From Synechococcus sp. A15-28 (GTDB lineage: Bacteria > Cyanobacteriota > Cyanobacteriia > PCC-6307 > Cyanobiaceae): DNA of 32,000 nt. Of the stretch, positions 18,777 through 25,360 are shown in pieces. Position numbers and translations under genes: made by a program. Under the pieces are notes generated by a model that saw only the letters and a program-made list of their open reading frames with translations, was not told where the DNA came from and searched no databases. Location: assembly GCF_014280175.1 (NCBI RefSeq), contig NZ_CP047931.1:1470001-1502000 (forward strand). Reading direction: 5' to 3'. Within the stretch, counting starts at the first letter, position 1; each line of letters starts with the position of its first letter.

Positions 18777-18968
18777 AGTCGATCAAGGTCGTACAACCGC
18801 TTTCATCGTTATCTGGCTCGGCAGAAACGCTGTGGACTGCGCTCCGTCCTGCCGCAGTACCAGATGGAGTATGAGTACTACGGAACGCCCATTGATCACA
18901 GCCAAGACATGCTCAACAGGCTGAAAAGACGTGAAATCGAGCTTGAGCTGCTGGAAGCTCAGGCCTGA
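18777..18968 (+). CDS. Small hypothetical protein
   Basis: MSRSRSYNRFHRYLARQKRCGLRSVLPQYQMEYEYYG...; ATG preceded by GGAGGT Shine-Dalgarno-like sequence. Confidence 0.5.
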   Translation, partial: SRSRSYNRFHRYLARQKRCGLRSVLPQYQMEYEYYGTPIDHSQDMLNRLKRREIELELLEAQA

Positions 18969-18976
18969 CTAACTAA

Positions 18977-19036
18977 TTAGCCAGCTTCAGGAGCCCAACC
19001 AGTTTCAGCACGCCACGTTGGTGCCCAGAGCTTGCA
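18977..19036 (+). repeat. ~60-bp direct repeat, copy 2
   Basis: TTAGCCAGCTTCAGGAGCCCAACCAGTTTCAGCACGCCACGTTGGTGCCCAGAGCTTGCA. Confidence 0.75.
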
Positions 19037-19142
19037 ACTCTTCTGAGAAGGGCGCCTGGGCCAGCTGGCCTCAGAGCCTTCGGTGGAACGCCCAACGTGA
19101 TCGACATTAATTGAACGGGCAGAACGTTGAGCTCAGCTCGCT

Positions 19143-19526
19143 TTGACTGACTTCTCAGAGCTAGAGGCGCATCCCGGCAATCGTGACTTCGAGAGAGTCA
19201 ATGCACTGGTCTGCATGGGCTGGGAAGGCATCGAGTCAGCAGCAGTCCAAGAAGAGCCAACAGCAGAACTCTTCATCGCAGAAGACAAGAGCTTCGTTGA
19301 ATGCACATGGACCGCAGGCTTCAGCCTGAGTTCAGGCTCCTACGAGTTTTACGGCGAGGGCGAGACCTACACCGGTGAAGAGGATGCTGTCGAGAAGTAC
19401 GACACCAGTTCACTGGAGGGCGGCCTTCAGGTTGCAGTGAGAGTTCTTGAGGAATTGCTTGGCGTTGACCAAGTCGAATCAGCAAGAAAGATCGTTGAGC
19501 AACTTCAGGAGACCAATCCAGAGTGA
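19143..19526 (+). CDS. Hypothetical acidic protein
   Basis: 127 aa ORF with protein-like composition. Confidence 0.5.
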   Translation: MTDFSELEAHPGNRDFERVNALVCMGWEGIESAAVQEEPTAELFIAEDKSFVECTWTAGFSLSSGSYEFYGEGETYTGEEDAVEKYDTSSLEGGLQVAVRVLEELLGVDQVESARKIVEQLQETNPE

Positions 19527-19611
19527 TTCCGGCTTAGTTCCTGAACAGCGCCGCCTCCGTATTCACTGCGCATTCCTAATCAACTCGTCAAACTAGTCCA
19601 ACCAAAAAGAA

Positions 19612-19632
19612 ACCCCCGCTTGAGGCAGGGGC
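19612..19632 (-). terminator. Hairpin terminator for the 19655-19846 gene
   Basis: Minus strand CCCCTGCCTCAAGCGGGGG followed by TTTCTTTTTGG. Confidence 0.65.
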
Positions 19633-19654
19633 TTGGGATCTGATTCAGCCTTGA

Positions 19655-19846
19655 TCACTTGGTGTAAGAAGCACCTCGGTAGGTCAGGCGTGGATGAGCG
19701 TTGCGAGCGACTTCTTCGCGGCAGGTGTTGTAGTGCTCGCGGCGGTAGGTCAGCTCGACACAAGCTTTGAGCGAAGGTGCTTGGGCTTCGTAGGAGTGAC
19801 CTCTGTAGAGAAGAGCAGTCATGGTTTGTCCCTCAGAAAATTCCAA
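19655..19846 (-). CDS. DUF4278-like small protein
   Basis: Three YRG/YRR-type repeats: LLYRGHSYEAQ, LTYRREHYNT, LTYRGASYTK; likely start is the internal MTALLYRG. Confidence 0.6.
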   Translation of the reverse strand: MEFSEGQTMTALLYRGHSYEAQAPSLKACVELTYRREHYNTCREEVARNAHPRLTYRGASYTK

Positions 19847-20098
19847 GTCCCCGTTCCGTGGCTTGGAGTGTCTGCGCCCCTGCGTACAGAGGTGAACGTT
19901 TTGTAGCAGATGCTACAGACAGATCATACGCCCGGGTCAAGCCCATGAACGTGCGTAACAACCTCGCTTAATCGCCCGCGCAGGTTTGTCGCTATTTGTC
20001 TTTGTTGAGCCAAGTGCCTGATGGGACAAGGCATATACTCAAACCCTACTCAAACTCTAAAAACAGGGTCAAAAAGCAATGCAGCACTGAAAACGTGG

Positions 20099-20114
20099 AC
20101 TACTCCAGAAAGGT
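20099..20114 (+). repeat. Attachment-like repeat, copy 2 (remnant rpsD 3' end)
   Basis: ACTACTCCAGAAAGGT then CTGA, reads YSRKV-stop. Confidence 0.7.
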
Positions 20115-20148
20115 CTGATCCGTTTCAAGACCTCTGTGTCCCCCGATG

Positions 20149-20177
20149 CGCAACCCTGGGTTCAGGGTTGCGTTTTT
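20149..20177 (+). terminator. Strong rho-independent terminator, probably the original rpsD terminator
   Basis: CGCAACCCTG-GGTT-CAGGGTTGCG followed by TTTTT. Confidence 0.85.
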
Positions 20178-20312
20178 CTTTGGCTGATCCCCAGATACTG
20201 CAGGCGCTCACAAGCCGGGACGGTGCAGAAAACTTTTCCAAACTCCAGCCCCCATTAACCGAAAAAGGTGGCAGGACTTTTTCTTAAGGCAAGAGAATCT
20301 GATTCCAAGCAG

Positions 20313-20504
20313 TCACTCGGCGATTTTCAAAGACTGCTCTAAATGATTAACGTGTCTTTCCAGGGTGATTTCACGACGGTGCATCTCAAGCTCACGCTCA
20401 TGGGTTTTCTCATCGATCCTGGTGCGGCCGCCATTCATCATCTCCGAGTAAGTCAGAGCTCTTGGCTTTTTTCGAGGAAGGTCATGTTCGTGCATCCAAG
20501 TCAC
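20313..20504 (-). CDS. Small hypothetical charged protein
   Basis: 63 aa ORF MTWMHEHDLPRKKPRALTYSEMMNGG... Confidence 0.4.
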   Translation of the reverse strand: MTWMHEHDLPRKKPRALTYSEMMNGGRTRIDEKTHERELEMHRREITLERHVNHLEQSLKIAE

Positions 20505-20663
20505 TGATTAATCGACTAACGTAATGACCAACCTAGTGGCACTCAAGGAAATGTCACCCTAATGCACCAATTCAGACCAGAATCTTAAGAATTCGGCTCA
20601 GACAATTCAAACAAGCGCCCAACACATTAATTCAAGACCTATCAACCAAGTGAGCTCATCCCC

Positions 20664-21785
20664 TTGAACAGTGACGCCACCACAAACCTTCGTTCAAGCG
20701 CACTTAGGCGCATTGATTTGAACATCAAGCCTTACATAAAAAGTGATGACATAATTGCCGCTTGGCAAATCATTAGCACGATAATCCCGTTAATCATATG
20801 CTGCATTGCAATTGGCAATATCACCAGTCAGCTAACATTAGTTTCAGTCATTCTAACCCCAGCACTGTTTCTATTAATAATCCTATTTTTGAGTAGAAGC
20901 TTTTCGTTGATGCACGACTGCGGTCACCACAGCTTATTCAGGTCAAAAACTGCTAATCGGATTGCCGCCTTTGCCTTGAGCATTATCCATGCAATGCCTC
21001 ATCACCCCTGGTCTAGGGGCCATGCATTTCACCACAAACACAATGGTAATTGGAACCGCTACAGAGGCCCGTCCGCTTTAACAACGCTTCGCGAGTACAA
21101 GGCAATGAACAAAGGCTCTCAATTCATTTACCAACTCTTGCGGCACCCCATATTACTTCTTCCGGGAGGTTTTTACTATCTCGTTATTAAACCAAGAGCT
21201 GCGCTACTCCTTGGACTCATTGAGTTTGTCGTCAAAGCAGTAGCCGATGGATTTCGCAAACTTTCAAACGGACATAACTTCAGCATACGTTCGTTTTTAA
21301 ACAATCACAAATCAAGCTTCTTTTATACCAAAGAGGAAGTTTACGACACTATTGCCAATACCACGTGCGTTGCACTCGCCTGGTACTTTATTGGGAGCAC
21401 GATTGGTCACTGGCATTTCTGGATTTTATACATCTCAGCCATGAGCGTCAGTGCAGCGATCATGATTGCTGTATTTTTTATTCAACACAACTTTCCAGGA
21501 TCCTATACTAGCAGCGACGAAAATTGGGACTACTTTAAAGGCGCCATCGAAGGCTCATCTTTTCTCATTATGCCTCGTTTCCTAAACTGGTTTACAGCAG
21601 ATATTGCTTACCATCATGTTCACCATTTATCCGAAAGAATCCCTAATTACCGCCTACGCATGTGCCATGAACACAACGAGAAAAAATTCGGCAGCGTTAG
21701 GCGACTGCATCTGCATGAATTCCGGAACTGTTTTTCATTGATCCTTTGGGACGATGAAACCCTTCAACTCACCTCAATCGAATGA
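20664..21785 (+). CDS. Fatty acid desaturase family protein
   Basis: 373 aa with three histidine boxes: HDCGHH, HAFHHKHNG, HHVHHLSERIPNYRL. Confidence 0.9.
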   Translation: MNSDATTNLRSSALRRIDLNIKPYIKSDDIIAAWQIISTIIPLIICCIAIGNITSQLTLVSVILTPALFLLIILFLSRSFSLMHDCGHHSLFRSKTANRIAAFALSIIHAMPHHPWSRGHAFHHKHNGNWNRYRGPSALTTLREYKAMNKGSQFIYQLLRHPILLLPGGFYYLVIKPRAALLLGLIEFVVKAVADGFRKLSNGHNFSIRSFLNNHKSSFFYTKEEVYDTIANTTCVALAWYFIGSTIGHWHFWILYISAMSVSAAIMIAVFFIQHNFPGSYTSSDENWDYFKGAIEGSSFLIMPRFLNWFTADIAYHHVHHLSERIPNYRLRMCHEHNEKKFGSVRRLHLHEFRNCFSLILWDDETLQLTSIE

Positions 21786-22026
21786 AAATGGCTTTGATAT
21801 CAAAGCAATATGCGAAAAAAAGCATTCATGTTGACTGCATTAACGGAAGAATTTATGCTCAATTAAAATATTGAGTTCTAAACACTCCGGACGCCGAGAG
21901 CGCTAGTGGGTGGCCCTGAGGACTGACGCATGTTGGTGGTGAGGCATACCCACCCGAAGTTCCGGTGCGCTTCGACACCCTTGTGCCCCCGATGCGCGAC
22001 GCTGGTGAAAGGACTGCAATTTTTTT

Positions 22027-22674
22027 TTGGCTGAATCTGAGGCTCTGCAGAACCTCAGCTCCCAGCAATGGTGGGGGCTGATTCATCCAGTACTGATGAT
22101 CCTGTTCGTCTACCCGGTGACAGGGGCAACCATCCGCCTGGGAATCCTGGCGCGGGAGAGGAGGTTGAAGATCAACCCAATTGCGGAAACCGTGCCCATC
22201 GAACATGCCCAGCACGGCGCCTGGGTGACCGGTGGAGTGCTGGTGGCGCTGCTGATCAGCCTCAGCCACAGCCTGGTGGGTGGAGCCAACGGCATGCTTC
22301 TGCTGTTGGGGGTTGTCACGCTGATCGGATACCTCTCCCTACTGCGCAGCCGACTGATCTGGCAGCGGCTGCTGGCGGGCTCCATCTGCTGGGGAGCGTT
22401 ATTGACCCTTGGGCTGCAACCGACCGTGGAACGGCTCAGTGATCAGCCCTGGACGGTACTGTTCTGGCAATCCCATTTCTGGATGGGATGGATTCTCACC
22501 GGACTGCTGCTCAGCTCAACAGCAATTCAACCGCTGATCGCTCAATGCCCGCGGCTACGGCGCTGGCACGTGGCCACCAACGTGGTGGTGGCGTTGCTGC
22601 TTGCGATGCAGGCCATCTCGGGCAGCCGCAACCTGGTGATCAGCGGCCTGCAGACCATCCATGGGGCAAGCTGA
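22027..22674 (+). CDS. DUF4079-type cyanobacterial membrane protein
   Basis: TTG start; GLIHPVLMILFVYPVTGATIRLG...LFWQSHFWMGWILTGLLL...AISGSRNLV; paralogous to 3090-3800. Confidence 0.75.
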   Translation: MAESEALQNLSSQQWWGLIHPVLMILFVYPVTGATIRLGILARERRLKINPIAETVPIEHAQHGAWVTGGVLVALLISLSHSLVGGANGMLLLLGVVTLIGYLSLLRSRLIWQRLLAGSICWGALLTLGLQPTVERLSDQPWTVLFWQSHFWMGWILTGLLLSSTAIQPLIAQCPRLRRWHVATNVVVALLLAMQAISGSRNLVISGLQTIHGAS

Positions 22675-22692
22675 ACCTATGTAGGAGCACCC

Positions 22693-22917
22693 ATGTCCAA
22701 AGCAAGAGATCTGATCAATGCCCATCTGTATCCGGTGCTGGCCACGTTTGCCGTGATCTATGGAGCGATTCAGATCGCACCCATTGCACAGCAGGCGCGT
22801 TACTTCAACCGTTGCGTCGAAGCAGCACCCCAAGGAGTCAACACAGCAAGGGCTGTGATGTTCTGCCACGGCCGGCCAGCGATGCTCAAAAAGACAAATA
22901 ACGAATTAAAGCTCTGA
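22693..22917 (+). CDS. Small hypothetical membrane-anchored protein
   Basis: 74 aa with one N-terminal hydrophobic segment. Confidence 0.55.
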   Translation: MSKARDLINAHLYPVLATFAVIYGAIQIAPIAQQARYFNRCVEAAPQGVNTARAVMFCHGRPAMLKKTNNELKL

Positions 22918-23102
22918 ACAAAATCAAGCTCATCAATTCAACAAAAACAGGAGGTTGAGCATTGTTCAAAGAACACTGTTAACGTCCTCGTGCTCGGCCG
23001 TGACATCCTCAAACTGATTGGCGAAGTCAAGGTATGCCAACAATCTCTCGCCAGAACGCACAAAGTCAGCAGAATTGTCAATTCAGTCATGAGTCACCCG
23101 AC

Positions 23103-23240
23103 ATGCCCAACTGGATCAAGCGCTCTTTGTCAGCTGGTGTCGCAGCGGGCACAGCACTCTTCACATTTGCTGTGAACGTCGCCTGGAATGTCTGCGCTGT
23201 AGTTGGGGCATCCATCCTCATCGGCGCAGTATTCGTCTGA
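23103..23240 (+). CDS. Small hypothetical membrane protein
   Basis: MPNWIKRSLSAGVAAGTALFTFAVNVAWNVCAVVGASILIGAVFV. Confidence 0.4.
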   Translation: MPNWIKRSLSAGVAAGTALFTFAVNVAWNVCAVVGASILIGAVFV

Positions 23241-23499
23241 TGGGGGATTTACTGAAAGGACTGAAAACAGCATTGATGACATCGACTGTTGCTATTTTCC
23301 TGTTTGTTGCACCAGTTTTCGCCACTATCATCAAAGGGTTGATAACCGCGACAAGCATTGTTTTTGGCGTTTAGGCTCCATCGACAAAAAGATCTGCATG
23401 TCCTGGGGTGCCTCAACTTACGCACTCCCAATACTTAAAAAGAAACTCATATTTCTTCATCAAGCAAATAATTCAGTAGGGTGCTTTCTTTGAACTGAC

Positions 23500-23691
23500 T
23501 TGTTGCCTGAGAAGACCACAATTCATGGGCAGTGGGTAGACATCTCCTCAAATAGTCGCATTATTTGTCTAATTAATCTACCCTTCGCTAACCACCCGAA
23601 CAAAGGACCAGGCTTTGTTTATGATTTCTTTTCAACTAAAGAGGAAGAAGACCTGCTGAGTCACGAGACGTTTTTCAAAGGGATCAAATGA
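23500..23691 (+). CDS. Small hypothetical protein
   Basis: Non-ATG start ORF; its TGA overlaps the ATG of the next ORF. Confidence 0.3.
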   Translation: MLPEKTTIHGQWVDISSNSRIICLINLPFANHPNKGPGFVYDFFSTKEEEDLLSHETFFKGIK

Positions 23692-23870
23692 ATAAAAAAT
23701 TCATCATCTTTTGCGCCTTAGCCATCCCTTTGATCGTCCTTGTGTTGATCAAGGTGACCCAGAAATCCGAACCTTGTCCAACGATGGAACAAATCAAGGC
23801 CGCCAAACAATCAAATCCTGAACTATTTGATCGCTATCTTCATGGCTTTGAATACCAGCAATGCCGGTGA
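23688..23870 (+). CDS. Small hypothetical membrane/secreted protein
   Basis: MNKKFIIFCALAIPLIVLVLIKVTQKSEPCPTMEQIKAAKQ...; plausible signal anchor. Confidence 0.5.
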   Translation: MNKKFIIFCALAIPLIVLVLIKVTQKSEPCPTMEQIKAAKQSNPELFDRYLHGFEYQQCR

Positions 23871-23983
23871 GGGATCAAGAAAGATTTTAGTTTTCACATT
23901 CTTTTAAACGGCTTTATGTTGAGATGACCACGCATTGTGCCTGACGCCTCGCTTGACTTAAGTCACTGGCATCCATCCATCCG

Positions 23984-24178
23984 ATGACAACGTCGCCAAG
24001 AGCACGGTTGAGCAGCTTCTTGGCACACCGCTGGAAGGAAATGGGGGAACCCTCGCTGATGCGACAGCACAAATACTCATTACTGTTGAGAAGCATTCGT
24101 GCAGAAAAACGGTTGGTCGCCTTGGAATTACTTGATCTCATGCTTGAAGATACCTGCCAACAACTCGACAGCATCTGA
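23984..24178 (+). CDS. Small hypothetical protein
   Basis: 64 aa ORF MTTSPRARLSSFLAHRWKEMG... Confidence 0.4.
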   Translation: MTTSPRARLSSFLAHRWKEMGEPSLMRQHKYSLLLRSIRAEKRLVALELLDLMLEDTCQQLDSI

Positions 24179-24226
24179 ATCGACGTATGACATTGACCAT
24201 CAGTTTCCCCTGATCAAGTCACACTG

Positions 24227-24511
24227 ATGACCAGCCTGACTCCGCTCCTTCTTGCCACAGCGGTCAACCTTGTCATGGCGCAAGCCGCTCAGGAGCCCAA
24301 GCAGTGGATCGGTCGCTGTGAGCCGGTCAATGCCGTAATGGTCATGAATCAAGCCCTGACAGAGGGGAAAACCGATGCCGAGGCCTTCGCTGCAGTGGTG
24401 GAAGCACGGTCCTTTGATGGCTCCAAAGCCTGCATCGACTTCATCCGTGAAGCCTCCATGAACATGAGGGAGGGATATCCACGAACATTTCAGTCGCTTT
24501 GGATGGACTGA
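24227..24511 (+). CDS. Hypothetical secreted protein
   Basis: 94 aa; signal-like N-terminus LLLATAVNLVMAQA, two cysteines. Confidence 0.55.
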   Translation: MTSLTPLLLATAVNLVMAQAAQEPKQWIGRCEPVNAVMVMNQALTEGKTDAEAFAAVVEARSFDGSKACIDFIREASMNMREGYPRTFQSLWMD

Positions 24512-24591
24512 CGGCGACACGACAGAAGGCGACCTGACAGTGACACCAGATCTGGTGTGTCAACCAGCAGAACTCCCTGTCTGCCCAACAA

Positions 24592-24613
24592 AAAAGCCGC
24601 CACAACGGGCGGC
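24592..24613 (-). terminator. Hairpin terminator (minus strand)
   Basis: Minus strand GCCGCC-N6-GGCGGC hairpin followed by TTTTTTG. Confidence 0.6.
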
Positions 24614-24843
24614 CGGGTGATGGGGATATCCACAACCTAGCTCAGAAAGCCAGTGGTGCCAGCCTTTTCCAGAGCCAAGGTGACAAAGAACACATCCCGG
24701 CTGTCCACAACCTGTGGAACGTCAAGGCGACGCCATCAAGTCTTTACAGAAATCCCACTAGATCTAGTGCATTTTTAAGATCGCCCGGTCATCAGGCCCT
24801 ATCTTTGGTGCGTTGGCTGGGTGATGGGGATCGCCTGTCCTGT

Positions 24844-24872
24844 AGCCCCCCTGATGTTGAGGGGGGCTTTTT
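24844..24872 (+). terminator. Strong rho-independent terminator (plus strand)
   Basis: AGCCCCCC-TGATGTTGA-GGGGGGCT followed by TTTT. Confidence 0.85.
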
Positions 24873-24967
24873 ACTGACAACAGCACCATCACAATCCCCT
24901 CAGCCCACCACCAGTCGCCAGGGACAGTCCTGGAAACTGGCTTGATCTGACTGGACAGAACAGGAGA

Positions 24968-25351
24968 TCAATTCATGACGCTGATGCTCGTATCCGCTGG
25001 CTTTCTCGGCCTTCTCTGGCTGACGCAAACCCTGGTGAGACGAAACCTGGACAAACGCCAGGAGCCGCGATGACATGGCCATGACCATGCCGGGCCGTCT
25101 CGGTGACGCGCCTGCCTGATCAGCTCATACTCTTGGTCCGACAGCTCCTGCATGAGAAACACGGAGTTGAGGCGACGGTGATAACGGCAATAGCCGAGAG
25201 AGGCATGAACACCAATGAGCAGTCCCCCAAACAGCAGCAACAGCGACTGATCGGCGGAGGCCCCCACCACCGAGGCAAAGCCCCAGGTGAGCAAGAGCGC
25301 CAGGAGAGCACTGCGGATCAACCGTCGCAAGGGAAGGAAGACCATGGACAC
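24968..25351 (-). CDS. Hypothetical small membrane protein
   Basis: 127 aa with two hydrophobic segments near the N-terminus. Confidence 0.5.
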   Translation of the reverse strand: MSMVFLPLRRLIRSALLALLLTWGFASVVGASADQSLLLLFGGLLIGVHASLGYCRYHRRLNSVFLMQELSDQEYELIRQARHRDGPAWSWPCHRGSWRLSRFRLTRVCVSQRRPRKPADTSISVMN

Positions 25352-25360
25352 CCTTGCTGA

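Larger units (their letters stand above)
16765..20098. mobile_element. Probable genomic insertion into the rpsD 3' end (no recombinase seen inside)
   Basis: 16-bp exact repeat, second YSRKV-stop ending and strong terminator at 20099-20177; AT-rich/hypothetical content between. Confidence 0.65.
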
